NCBI GenBank assembly: GCA_965223905.1
Contig: CBDCXV010000002.1
Span: 480,001-544,000, forward strand
Reading direction: 5' to 3'
Length of the DNA: 64,000 nucleotides
Source: Candidatus Latescibacterota bacterium
GTDB lineage: Bacteria; Latescibacterota; UBA2968; UBA8231
Shown in pieces: positions 1-10,345 of this stretch; the first letter of the stretch is position 1, and every line of letters starts with the position of its first letter. A program made the position numbers and the translations under genes. The notes under the pieces were generated by a model, which searched no databases, was not told the origin of the DNA, and saw nothing but the letters and a program-made list of their open reading frames with translations.

Positions 1-240
1 GAGATGCACGGAGGGGGCTGGGCCAACAGCCAGATTCTGGGGGCCACCACCGAGGCCACGTGCGAGTATTTCGAGCGCGGCCTGCTGCACCCCGAAGTCG
101 ACTACGAGACCCCCCCGCCGCATCTGAAGGCGATCTGCGATCCCCTCGATGAGGAGGGCAACGTGATCCTGCCGCAGACGCCCGGTCTCGGGATGGAGTT
201 CAACTGGGACTATATCGAGGACAACCGGGTCCGCGACTGA
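1..240 (+). CDS. Mandelate racemase/muconate lactonizing (enolase superfamily) protein, 3' end only
   Basis: C-terminal motifs 'MHGGG', 'YFERG' and 'LPQTPGLG.E.NWD'; the ORF runs off the window start. Confidence 0.7.
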   Translation, partial: EMHGGGWANSQILGATTEATCEYFERGLLHPEVDYETPPPHLKAICDPLDEEGNVILPQTPGLGMEFNWDYIEDNRVRD

Positions 241-256
241 AGAAACCGGCGCCCGC

Positions 257-694
257 TTACTTGGGCTCGCCGCCGCTCATCAGCACCCCGGCGCGCTCGA
301 CCAGCTCCATCAACACCTCCATCTCGACCTCGGCGAGGCGGCGGAAGCCGATGCTGCTCTTGCCGACCTTGACCCTGCCGAGCCGGCCGGCGTACGCCTC
401 GGTGAGGTAGCGGCGGCCGTCGGCGGCGTTGACGTAGACGCTGTAGTAGTTCTTCTGCCGCGCCAGCCCGACGATGAACCACTCCACCGGCTTTTTGTCG
501 GAGCGCACGTAGGAGTAGTCGCCGTAGCCGATGATGGCCTGTTCGCTGCCGCCCCAGAACACCCCCTCCCACAGGCTGCGCCGGTGACCGGGCAGCGCCG
601 CGGCGATGCGCCGGTCCAGCGCGGTCATGTCGCCGCGGATCTCCTCCGGCAGCGATGCGAGGTATTCGTCGGGTGATGTGGATACGCGTTTCAT
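257..694 (-). CDS. DUF1801 family protein
   Basis: 'IIGYGDYSY', 'WFIVGLARQKNYYSVY' and 'LGRVKVGKSSI.F' are typical of DUF1801. Confidence 0.8.
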   Translation of the reverse strand: MKRVSTSPDEYLASLPEEIRGDMTALDRRIAAALPGHRRSLWEGVFWGGSEQAIIGYGDYSYVRSDKKPVEWFIVGLARQKNYYSVYVNAADGRRYLTEAYAGRLGRVKVGKSSIGFRRLAEVEMEVLMELVERAGVLMSGGEPK

Positions 695-758
695 GCTCGA
701 AACCTACGGCACCGAACCGAGACCATCCGGTCGTTGACGATTGCTGGTCTCCACGTTT

Positions 759-1943
759 CTACTCCGATGTATCCAGGATGGCCAATGCCGCCTCGATATG
801 CCCCACCGCCTTCCGATCCCCATCGAGGGCTTCAGCGATGAGAGCGCGTGCCCTGGCGCGGGCGTCCTCCGGAAAGTTGTCTTCATGCTTCGCTGTATGG
901 CATATCTCGTAAAGCGGCTCCAGCGCATCCAATTCCCGTTCATACTGGGCAGCCGCGGCGTTCAGCTCACCACCCGCTTCCGGGAACATGGCGGCGAGCT
1001 CCCGAAGATATCCCGCGGCACCTTGCCGGCTGGCCCGGATGATCCGGGCGTGAAAATGGGAATGGAAGGGAGAACCATCCTCCGACTCGAGGGCCTCAAT
1101 CCAGAGCTCGTAGGCGGCAAATCCGCGAGCGTCGACATCGTAGACGGCCTCTGACGGATCATAGCGCCTTCCGTTCGCGAAGGCGACGGCATTCCGCAGC
1201 GCGGTGCGGTGCGTTGTCCTTTCGTCGACGTCCGACGGACGGTCGTAAACCATCACGTTGAACAACTCGACCGGGTCGGTATGGCCGATGGCATCATAGC
1301 GAACGGAAAAATCGGACCCTTCCCGGGTTCGCCATTTGTGCCGGACGGTGTACGTCTCGTCGGTGTCGTCGTAGCCGACGAGCATACCCCAGTTGCCCGC
1401 CCCGATACCGCTCGCCTTCTGCTCAGGGCTCATCGCCTGCCAGGCAAGGGCGGGGATTCCCTTCTGCAGGCTCGCCCGAACCGCATCCCTCGCTTCCGCC
1501 TTGAGGGCGGGAAGGTCGACGTCGAGGTCCGCCTTTGTAGCGTGGAAAACACGGAACCGTGCTATCTGCGGGTAGAGATCGTACCAGAGCCACCAATCGA
1601 GGTTGGCGTCGTGCCAGACTTCCCCGCCGCCCTTTCGCATCTCGAAGGCGAAGGCGTGTCCGGTGACGCCGCGTAGACGATCGGTGGACCACTCCGTTTG
1701 TCCGGCGCTCTGCAACATGGGATGGAGGACGGAGATGAGAGTCGAAAGGTTCGGTTGCGAGGGGTGGGCGTCCACGAGGAGAGGCATCGTCCGATCTCCT
1801 TCCGGCGCGGGATCGGTCAGATCTGCGCCCGCTGTGGTTGTGTCGGATACAGCCGGGGCAAGGACACCGGCGCTGGACACGTGGTCGGCGCCCGAGCATG
1901 TCGCCGTCAGCCAAAGGGCAGACAGCACCAGTAAGTACTGCAT
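759..1943 (-). CDS. Exported hypothetical protein, possibly BtrH-N/C39-like fold
   Basis: Signal peptide from MQYLLVL (ATG 1943); 'GVTGHAF', 'VRASLQKGIP' and 'WGMLVGYDD' segments. Confidence 0.5.
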   Translation of the reverse strand: MQYLLVLSALWLTATCSGADHVSSAGVLAPAVSDTTTAGADLTDPAPEGDRTMPLLVDAHPSQPNLSTLISVLHPMLQSAGQTEWSTDRLRGVTGHAFAFEMRKGGGEVWHDANLDWWLWYDLYPQIARFRVFHATKADLDVDLPALKAEARDAVRASLQKGIPALAWQAMSPEQKASGIGAGNWGMLVGYDDTDETYTVRHKWRTREGSDFSVRYDAIGHTDPVELFNVMVYDRPSDVDERTTHRTALRNAVAFANGRRYDPSEAVYDVDARGFAAYELWIEALESEDGSPFHSHFHARIIRASRQGAAGYLRELAAMFPEAGGELNAAAAQYERELDALEPLYEICHTAKHEDNFPEDARARARALIAEALDGDRKAVGHIEAALAILDTSE

Positions 1944-2181
1944 ACCCGATCCCTCGCGACCTTCCGGTAGGCGGGGATACTTGATAGTCCTCATTATGGC
2001 AGTGGGGGAGCTGAAAACGATGGAGGTCGATAGCCCGAGCTCCCCCCGAGCAGTCTCCTGTATTTGGATATTGGTGCCCGATTCCGGCTCGGCTCACGCC
2101 GAGTCTGCGACCGACCCCGGCTTGGTGGTTCCGACCGGGCTGCAGGGCGGCCGAATTCACGCGGAAGTGCGCGCGCAGGAA

Positions 2182-3318
2182 CTAGTGCAGAAGACGGTAC
2201 CTCACGTCCCCGAAGGCCGTGCTGCTCTCCCACACCATAAAGCCGAAAGCCCCCGCGCGGAAGGTCTCGTCGGCAACCTGGTTGACCAGCTTCCCATCGA
2301 CGTACGAGGTCAGAGAGGCACCCCGGGCTGCGATCTGGACCTCGTATTCCTGGCCGGCGTGAAGGGCGTGGTTCACTACGCTCAGCTTGGTTACACCGCG
2401 GTCGACCACCTTGCTGACGGCAACCGCCTGCCATCCCAGGAGGAAATCAAGCATATAGAAGTTCCTCCCGTCCTCTGACAGGCGGAAGGCCGCTTGAGCG
2501 TTCCCTCCGGAGATCGGGGTCACCAGAAAGGAGAGCTCGTAGTCGGACCAGGTCGGCTCCCCGGCGATGAGCAGGGGGGACTCCTCCCCGAGTTCCCTGC
2601 TGTCACCGACGATGGCGTTGCCTTCGACTCTCCAGGTCTTCTCGAGAGCGTCTCGCTCCGCGACCGGATGCGGCCTCCAGGAGGACAGTCCCTCATCGGC
2701 TGGAACCACCTGCCAATTGATGAGCCCCCTCATTCCCCCGATGACGTCGCGGGGGGATGTCTCCGGAGAGGCGGTGGGCTCGTGTGATTTCCTTGCCATG
2801 TCCCGGATCCTTTCTCGCATCAGTCTGCGCGATCTGTGGAGTCGGCTCTTTGCAGTACCGACGGGTATGCCGAGTTGTTCGGCGATTCGATGGAGCTCCA
2901 TACCGGCCAGATAGAAAAGGGTGACGACGGCCCTGTCCGGCGGCGCGAGGCTGTTGACCAGGACCTTGAGCTCTCTGTAGTCGAGGGAGGCCTGCAAGTC
3001 CGATGAGAGCAAATCGTTCCTCAACTCGTACTCTGGAAGGCGTTCCCGCTCGAGCCGCTTTTGCCGCAGCATCTTTCGGGCGACGTTGCGGGCGATGGTG
3101 TGGAGCCATGCCGGGAATTTGCCGGGGTCTTTCAGATCATCGAGGCGCCGGAAGGCCAGGATGAACGCTTCCTGCGCGGCATCCTCGACATCGTCCGGAT
3201 CGCCGAGAAGGGACGAAACCGTTCGAACGACGCTTGCCCAATGCCTGTCCACAAGCAGGCGAAAGGCATCCTGACTGCCCTGGTTGCACCTGGCAACGAG
3301 TTCCTGGTCTGAGAACAC
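2182..3318 (-). CDS. ECF sigma-70 factor fused to a C-terminal DUF1080-like beta-sandwich domain
   Basis: Region 2 'DVEDAAQEAF..AF', 'FPAWLHTIARN'; region 4 'IAEQLGIPVGTAKSRLHR'; C-terminal 'WRVEGNAIVG..WSDYEL..SYVDGKLV..G.FG'. Confidence 0.85.
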   Translation of the reverse strand: MFSDQELVARCNQGSQDAFRLLVDRHWASVVRTVSSLLGDPDDVEDAAQEAFILAFRRLDDLKDPGKFPAWLHTIARNVARKMLRQKRLERERLPEYELRNDLLSSDLQASLDYRELKVLVNSLAPPDRAVVTLFYLAGMELHRIAEQLGIPVGTAKSRLHRSRRLMRERIRDMARKSHEPTASPETSPRDVIGGMRGLINWQVVPADEGLSSWRPHPVAERDALEKTWRVEGNAIVGDSRELGEESPLLIAGEPTWSDYELSFLVTPISGGNAQAAFRLSEDGRNFYMLDFLLGWQAVAVSKVVDRGVTKLSVVNHALHAGQEYEVQIAARGASLTSYVDGKLVNQVADETFRAGAFGFMVWESSTAFGDVRYRLLH

Positions 3319-3495
3319 GCTTCTCCCTCAATCCCGTGCCGGTCGGACCGGATTGCACATTAATGATCCGGGAATTCACCCCGGGTTCACGAAAAATCGA
3401 GGAGTAATTGCGCAGCCTGCACAACCGTGGCCGGTGCCTTTATATTGACGACCGAGGGGAGAACGGATGAATGAACTGCTAGTATTTTTGCGAGC

Positions 3496-3888
3496 GTGTT
3501 TTTCCGCGAGGTATTCCAGCCCGTCCTCGAGTCGGAGTTTCCCGGGGTTCTGACCAAGCTGAGCGCCGGCGTCGTGGGAGGTGGGTCGGACAGTCTGGGA
3601 ACGGACGACGAACTGTCCCGCGATCACGACTGGGGGGTAGGCCGGTGCCGGTTGTGCCTGCCCGAGGATGAGGCAGCGGACAAGGGTCGCGCCATCTCGG
3701 AGGCACTGTCCGCGGCAGTACCTGAAGGATATCTGGGACTGCCGAGGAATGTGCATTCTGAGGGACTGCTGCCGGACGCGAAACCACGCCATGCGATGGG
3801 GGCGTTCGATCTGATCGGGAGCATCGAGTCGGAAGAAATTAAGGATATCGGGCGTGAGCTGGACCCGAATCTGGGACCAGATCTGTAG
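3496..3888 (+). pseudogene. DUF4037-family nucleotidyltransferase-like protein, internally deleted
   Basis: 'AGVVGGGSDSLGTDDELSRDHDWG' N-terminal motif; only 130 aa. Confidence 0.6.
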
Positions 3889-3985
3889 GGAGAGAGACTA
3901 TATTCACTTCCGGTCCCCTCTTTAAGACCGGAGCGCGGGGAAGCCCCATGCCGGATACATCTGGGTTCAAACAGAAGGTGAGTTT

Positions 3986-4078
3986 TTGAAAAAGAGACTG
4001 TTGTTCAACTGTACCCTGTTGTTCGTGTGTGTCCTGTTCGTCCCGAACAGCTTGGCCCAGGACTATACCCGCTGGAGG
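3986..4078 (+). pseudogene. Signal-peptide stub of a secreted (WD40-type) protein, cut at an IS end
   Basis: 'MKKRLLF...SLAQDYTRW' followed at once by the inverted repeat at 4079 and AT-rich sequence. Confidence 0.4.
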
Positions 4079-4347
4079 GGGAATTATATCGATAACTACG
4101 CAAGGGTAACTTTAGTAATATCATCCGCGAATTTAAAGAAATTCTGGTATAATATAGTAGAGAAAATACCAGAGAGAAGGACATCCAGGTCCTCAAGTGT
4201 TTAGCCCCGAACACGGAAGCCATGTCAGATTGACACCGCGCGTAATCGCCGCTGGGGGTGAGGAATCATTCCGGCTGGTTGACAAGCGGGCAAGGAGGAT
4301 AGCTGAGGATTTCTCAGGTGCAGGCTGACGAGAGGCACCGAGCACCG

Positions 4348-4680
4348 GGTTGTCACCTTGCTGACCGTTCGGAAAGATTTCCCGCTTTCATCGACAGACT
4401 CAGTTCGACCGACGATGCGGAAGCGAGGCAACAGGCAGCGGTTGTCACCTTGCTGACCATTCGAGATGAATTCCCGCTTCGATCCACAGACTCAGTTCGA
4501 CCCCCGATGCGAAGAAAGACAGGGTAGGTACCCAGCGGGAAGGTTCCTCATGGACCCGGAGAGCATCCCTGCATCCGGGAAAACAGACGAGCAGGAAACC
4601 GAGGTATGGCCCCTGTTGCAGTCGTTGATTTCACCTGGGGTTTTTCACCTTGCTGACTTTTCGGAAGGATTCGCCCTCCC
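4348..4680. repeat. Two direct repeats of about 80 bp (period 92 bp) plus a third partial copy
   Basis: GGTTGTCACCTTGCTGACC at 4348 and 4440, both with ACAGACTCAGTTCGACC; TCACCTTGCTGAC again near 4645. Confidence 0.8.
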
Positions 4681-5752
4681 TCCACCGATGATGAGTGAAG
4701 GGAGTCGGAGGGACCTCTGTCTCCACCAGATCCCGGTACGTCAGCCGTTTCCGCATCATCCGCGCCGTCAAATACCTCATCTGCTCGTCGGAGTCCAAGT
4801 GGCGAATGTTGAACCTGCCTGTGATCTCGTTGAGGTATCGGGGGAGATACTTGGGTGATACGTGGTGATAGGTCCCGTGATAGGTCCCGTGATAGGTCCC
4901 GTGATAGGTTCCTTCCGCCAGAGCATTAAACGATTCCGCTCCGTTGGTATGGGCGCCGCATCTTACGTATTCACCTTTATTGTGGATTACGGTTACGTGC
5001 ATCCCCGCCACTCCGAAATCGGAATAGGCACTGAACTCGTCGGGGTAAAGGATTGCCCCTGGGACCAGGTTTTTCCTTGCGATTGGGCGCAAGGTCTTGC
5101 GCTTCCTGTCCGGAACCACCTCGGTGCCAACCCTGCCGGTTTCCATGTCAAACACTACGACCCCGATCTTCACGCCCTTCCGCCTGTTGCCGCCAAACTT
5201 CTTGTTGCGGTGCCTGTTATAATCGTTTCCCACGAAAAAGGCTTCGTCCATTTGAACTCTCCTGCTGCGCAGCGGTTCCTGATCCGACCACCCTTCCCGG
5301 ATGCGATGCAGCATAAAAAATGCCGACGAATACGCAAGGCCGGGGTCGCGGGCAAGCTGCCTGGCGCTGATTCCCTTCGGGCGGGATAGGTGCAGGTGGA
5401 TTCCTATGGCCCATTTTTGCCAGGGGATCTTGGAGTGGGACATCACGGTTGGTGATTGGTGCGAACATCGCTTTCGACAGTCGCCACACCAGTAGGGCTG
5501 GGGTTTCCGGTTGGGACATTCCGATATCATGCCGCAGCGGCCGCAGTGCGGGCAGTGTATGTTGACGGGAAGGCCGTCTACTGTCTTTCCCCATCTGAAC
5601 TCTTCAAACCATTTTTCCGCCGTTGAAGGTCTGGAAATTTCCTGAATAATTCGATTAACGAGATACGTTTACCATACTCATCCTTGATAACCTTCGGGCC
5701 GTGGAATACCGAACTTGAGACCAGCGGCCCAAAAAAAATATTGTGATTCACG
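4631..5752 (-). pseudogene. IS1595-family transposase, frameshifted near 5625
   Basis: 'SLIELFRKFPD / STAEKWFEEFRW..CPHCG', 'VQMDEAF', 'HTNGAESF', 'GTYHHVSPKYLPRYLNE..RFN'. Confidence 0.85.
4865..4912. repeat. 12-bp tandem repeat x4 (GTGATAGGTCCC) encoding (GTYH)4
   Basis: Directly visible; the last copy is GTGATAGGTTCC. Confidence 0.95.
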
Positions 5753-6212
5753 CTCCCATAGGGTTCCTTTCGGTTAGTGGGAAGGTGACCTGTCGGCGTT
5801 CACCGACAGATAGGGACTGGGAAGCGGTGGCGGAGCCTGACAGCTTCCCCCTTGCTCTGTGACTAACAAATATTATTGGCTGAATTAAAAAAGCGAATCG
5901 GTGGGAAACTTTATGGAGAGAGGCGGATAAGGGCGGCGAAAAACTTTAATTCCTGAGAGCAGGGGAGGGCGAGCAGGGAAGGGGAGAGGGCTAATCCCCT
6001 GAAAGGTCTATTTCTCGGGGGTCGGGGAAACGAAGTTGAGTTACGGCGGCGGTATCATTTCGGACAGTCGACGCGGAGATACGGGGGTCTCGGATAATCG
6101 AGAGGATGCTGCGCGACGCTTTCCGAGTGGCGAGAATCGGAGGACTGCGGCGACTGCTCGAAACTCAAGGCGAGTCCGCAATCCCCGGGGTAATCCGGGG
6201 CGATTCAGGAAC

Positions 6213-6308
6213 TGCGGATCGAGGTGCCGCTGAGGGATACGACTTGGTGGGGGGCTATTTCTGGACGGCAAGAGCTTCGGCGGCGAGGGTCTGTATCGCC
6301 TGGGAGTG
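6213..6308 (+). mobile_element. IS256-like transposase fragment; related copy at about 9172-9240
   Basis: Encodes 'YDLV..FLDGKSF'; shared 'TCGAGGTGCCGCTGA(A)GGGATACGA.TTGGTGG' at both sites. Confidence 0.45.
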
Positions 6309-6492
6309 GCACCCGCATCAGGGCCGCAACATGAACGGCATGACCCCGCTGCAGGCGTTCAAGAAAGGGCTTGACAACCAACTAGGCTCCGGGAAATTGG
6401 GAAATGGAGGAGAGCAGTGGAGAAAAACGCAGGCTGGAACAATTACTTCGAGGAAAAGGGGGGAGTGCTAGGTAGTTACCATTACTGCACAT
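6309..6492 (+). mobile_element. IS481-like transposase 3' remnant and right end
   Basis: 'PHQGRNMNGMTPLQAFKKG' followed by a '..GGTAGTTACCATTACTGCACA' end-like sequence. Confidence 0.45.
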
Positions 6493-6640
6493 ACCAGACC
6501 CGGAACCCGTCTAATGGATTTACCTTCTTTCTTGGATTGCCTTTTCTGTTTTGTCAAACCGCCGTTGCGGGTATGGTTGCCTCAAATTGGGCAAGAAATT
6601 GATCTACTTCACTGTCGGTAAATCCTTCTTTGTAGACTAC

Positions 6641-7900
6641 CTGGACTTTTGCAAACTCCGCTTTTTTGCACAAGTTTTAGGTGTGCGACGATTCTCTCCT
6701 GCGTCCACCCTACTGTTATGGCCTGTTCGACCGCCCAGGTGATGGTTTTACTGAGCGTTTCTCGCGACACGGCTCGACAGGCTTCGCCAATGGTCGTCAG
6801 CACGGTATGAGCCCAGTCACGCGCACGGCCCTGCCGCCTCCGTGCCCTGAGCAGACTGTGCGTCAGCATCACGAGGTACCTATGCCGGGTCTGGCCCTCG
6901 CCGCTGCGTAACTGACCGTCTCCCATGCCCAGATGGTGCTTGCCGTCCCGATGAAAAGTCTCGGTGCCCGTCCAGCGTTTGCGATAGACGTTCAGAATAC
7001 GACTGATCTCCCAGTGCACGCGATTGGTCAGTAGAAACTTGACCGCTTCCCTGCCGTTCTTGCGATCCCACAGGATCACCAAGCGAACCCGGTGCTTGAG
7101 CTTGGGCAGACGCAGGGTTTTGGTGAAATACCGGTGAAATACCATTGTTTGCGCTTGCCGATGCTGACCTGTTTGCGATCCTCGGGTGGGATCTTCGCAG
7201 CCACTTCCGTGGCCTTCATCAGGCCGCCCTTGAACTCGACCTTGCGGTTGCTCTTCAGGGCCCCTACGTAGCCGCGCTCATGACTATGGATGTGATCGAG
7301 ACACTCGACACTGCTGAAGTAGCAGTCGAAGGCGAAATCGCCCGGGATCTGTCGGTACACGACCCCGTCCACCAGCTCTTTGAACAGCTCGGTATGGCTC
7401 TTGAAGGAGGTGTCCGTCTCCCCTTCCTGGCGCTTGCGAAAGCGACGGAATTCCAACGGATAGTATTTCCCCGAGGTGCACACGTAGTGGGCGATGACGT
7501 AGTCGTGGGCAATCCTATAGCGCTGGTCGGAGTGATCCCAAAACCAACCCACGTCCTCGATCTTGTCTCCGCTGTGGCCGACCAAGGTGTTGTCGATGGC
7601 GATCACCCCGCGCCCCGAATAGCGCGTCGAGGGGCGCTCCTGCAACCATTCCAGGCGGTGTTCGTTGAGCCAATTCCCGTCCCATCGCACCTGCGTAATC
7701 CAGCGGTTCAGGCAGGACTGGTCGGTGGTCTCGACGAACTCGGCGTTGATCGCCGATACATGTTTGCGTTCGGCCACCATCAACCCGGTCAGATACTGGG
7801 CAAAGTGACGGCGCTTCGGGGCGTTGGCGAAGATGCCGCCGAACTCTGCCACCGCTTCTTCAACCACCGTGGGAAAATCAACAATACCTGGCATGAACAA
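6641..7900 (-). pseudogene. IS701-family DDE transposase, frameshifted
   Basis: 'HFAQYLTGL', 'IAIDNT', 'FAFDCYF', 'YRKRWT.TETFHRDGK..LG'; 11-bp tandem duplication GGTGAAATACC at 7122-7143 shifts the frame. Confidence 0.85.
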
Positions 7901-8034
7901 CCTCTCTCATGGCCAGGGGAAACGAAGGCGGGGGATGCCTTCGTCCTACCAAAAATACCAAGTTCCATCGAATTCGCGCTACCCTCTATCCTTGACCGAT
8001 TATCCCAGGAATTCTGCCTTTTGCAAAAGTCCAG
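6641..8034 (-). mobile_element. IS701-family insertion sequence with 15-bp TIRs and a 6-bp target duplication
   Basis: CTGGACTTTTGCAAA (6641-6655) and TTTGCAAAAGTCCAG (8020-8034); GACTAC at 6635-6640 and 8035-8040. Confidence 0.9.
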
Positions 8035-9171
8035 GACTACCACGTGTTCACGCACCATATTTGGCATTTGGGAAATTAGAGCCGTCACATCCGTTTCGTC
8101 TTTTCTCTGGTCTATGACGAATACATGCGTTCCTTCTCGGAAATTATCTGTTAGAACTGTGTTGATTTGTGGGTCTCTAAACGAGAACCCGACGAAAATA
8201 ATAGCATGGGCTTGACGGGCAACTCCTCCAAGGTGGCCATAAAATGTATCAAAAGGGGACTCCAGTAGTTGATCCTTAAACCCTGGATATAAAATGACAT
8301 TATTTGTGGAATCAAAAGGTTGGTTCTGGATGTTTGAAAACTCTATTCTCCCATTGTAGTGTTTCCAGTCTATCGAGCCGTGTAATTTGGTTAGAAGTCC
8401 TGACTTTCCCGATGGATTGTCTTTAGTCCAGTGATCTTCGTTCAAGGTGAAAGCGATCCCTTGCTGGTTCCTCCCATATTCTATGTCAAGATCATTTACA
8501 TTGATAGTTCTTTCCAAAATGGTATCGTAATTTGTAGTGAAAATCTCTACCCTCCGGTTGGCAATGAGACCTTGAATAAACCGGCTCCAACGGTTGTCTT
8601 TATAAAAGGATTCGTCCTCCCTGGCGCCATAAACTTTATGAATTTCTTCATAAATAGAGTTTTTAATTTTGATCAATCCGGGAATAAAAGATGATATTTC
8701 ATTGATGACAATGGTATAATCAACCCGTGATTTGCTTAACATACTATGTATTCTATTACCGGCCATCATCCACCCCAAGGGTCTCCCATCATTTTTCATC
8801 ATTGATGCCTCTTCCAGATAATCATCAATTGCCCACAGCATATGTTCTATATCTATTTTCGGTCCTATGGTGTGGGTTAAGAATCCATGTATTTGATCGT
8901 ACCACATAGATCCAGTAACACTCTTTGGTAGACGGCTAAAAAAGCCGTCTGTGGTAGGGAACTTTCTCTTGTCTATGGCAGCCGATCCGCCCGCACCGAC
9001 GAATAACAAGATCATGATGTTCTTTCTTTCTGAGTTTGTATTTCAGCAACTGATTGACTCCACCCGAAAGCTATTCACCTTTCAGGCATTTTTGGATACT
9101 CCAGGGAGGATTCGTCCTTAATTCAGAATAGGCTGTTTTGCATTCTCTGAGACAGCATCCCTATATCCCAA

Positions 9172-9240
9172 GCGTCGAGGTGCCGCTGAAGGGATACGAG
9201 TTGGTGGCGCTGTTTCTCGAAAGGAAGAGCTCCGCCGCAT
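9172..9240 (+). mobile_element. Second IS256-like fragment
   Basis: 'PLKGYELVALFLERKS'; similar to 6213-6285. Confidence 0.4.
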
Positions 9241-9244
9241 GGAT

Positions 9245-9652
9245 CTAAGTAGCCGAATAAATACCGGTTTGACAAGCTAACCTCAATAATTCTCTTATAA
9301 CGTCCTCGTCATCATTGTCATATCCAGCTATTTCAGAATGTGACTTATCGTTGCACGCAGGGAAGCGGTTAACCTCAAGACAGCAATTATTTTTATTTTC
9401 CACTGCACGAACATCTCCAGCATTCAATTTGGCGAGCTTGGATTTAGGGCTGATCTTGTTAAACTTGGATCGAAGTTTCTCCCTAACTCCTTTGAGTGCG
9501 ATCTTTGAAGAAGAACTAAAATATTCAAGCCAATTAACTGATAGATTTTCCCCCGGACGCAATATAAAGGCATCACTTGTCGGCAGACCGTCTTCTCCAA
9601 TAGTAGCTGCTCTACACCATCGGGTAATGTGGTTACCATCGGGTATTACCAT
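9245..9652 (-). CDS. Small ADP-ribosyltransferase/RES-fold-like protein (cassette A gene 3)
   Basis: Pattern 'ITRW ... AF ... LSVNW ... SHSEI.G'; ATGGTAA 7-nt overlap with the upstream gene; the fold call is inference. Confidence 0.55.
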   Translation of the reverse strand: MVIPDGNHITRWCRAATIGEDGLPTSDAFILRPGENLSVNWLEYFSSSSKIALKGVREKLRSKFNKISPKSKLAKLNAGDVRAVENKNNCCLEVNRFPACNDKSHSEIAGYDNDDEDVIRELLRLACQTGIYSAT

Positions 9653-10344
9653 ACCTCTTCTGTCTCCGGAGGTATGCTGGTATACCCTCGCAAAAAATCT
9701 TGAAAGGCAATTTCCTGTTGTTCCAAGGGGATCAATCCGCCAGGATCTTCACCTGAAAAGGGAGTAGGGATATCCTGTTTTGACATCATAATTTGTTGAT
9801 TCCCTTGAAAAGGGTTTACGGTTTTGATAAACCCCATTCGGCGCAGTATCGGACTCACACTCTCGGCTATATCCTCAGATAGTAAAACTAAATCGTTGGC
9901 ATGCCATTCCTTGGTAGAAGATTGCCCGGAAACTTTAACCTGTTTCAGGGAGAGGAATCTCAAAATTAAAATATCGAACCTGGTAGTTTTCCATTGAGCA
10001 GAAAGAATCCCATTGGCAGCAGTAATATCCTGATAGAGGATTTCTGGATTTTGTTTGAAAAACATCCTAAGTGATTCCTCGGATTCTTTGTCTATAGGGA
10101 GTTCTTCTTCCGGATACTCCGCCACGACCTTTTTCAAATATCTTAACCTATTTTCAACGGCAGTCATGTAATCACCAAATGGCGTAAGTCCTCCAATTTG
10201 AACCCGAATCGAGTCATCATGACAGGTTGCTGAAAGCGACTCAGTCAACTTTTCAAGAATGCCATACTCTCTTGGGGCTTTGGCAATATCGGTCTCGACA
10301 GTCCAGCGCCCTCCCCGGATGAATTTACCCTTAGGACTTTTCAA
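9646..10344 (-). CDS. Hypothetical antitoxin-like protein (cassette A gene 2)
   Basis: Intact 232-aa ORF starting 1 nt after the upstream stop; core 'RLRYL..P..ES...FF...DI...NGILSAQW...LILRF'. Confidence 0.55.
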   Translation of the reverse strand: MKSPKGKFIRGGRWTVETDIAKAPREYGILEKLTESLSATCHDDSIRVQIGGLTPFGDYMTAVENRLRYLKKVVAEYPEEELPIDKESEESLRMFFKQNPEILYQDITAANGILSAQWKTTRFDILILRFLSLKQVKVSGQSSTKEWHANDLVLLSEDIAESVSPILRRMGFIKTVNPFQGNQQIMMSKQDIPTPFSGEDPGGLIPLEQQEIAFQDFLRGYTSIPPETEEVW

Positions 10345-10345
10345 A

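Larger units (their letters stand above)
6554..9015 (-). pseudogene. SIR2-family (SIR2_2) protein interrupted near its 3' end by IS701
   Basis: 'LFVGAGGS', 'IFTTNYD', 'KLHGSIDW', 'FVGFSFRD'; removing the IS restores ...HVVV-YKEGFTDSEVDQFLAQFEATIPATAV* ending at 6554. Confidence 0.85.

Noticed and set aside
4348-4912. Repeats as a CRISPR array
   Set aside because: Too few copies, no unique spacers, no cas genes; the 12-mer is coding
5760-6040. Hairpins upstream of the IS1595 gene as an ncRNA
   Set aside because: Short stems only; no recognisable family
7789-8034. Novel C-terminal domain on SIR2
   Set aside because: It is read-through into IS701
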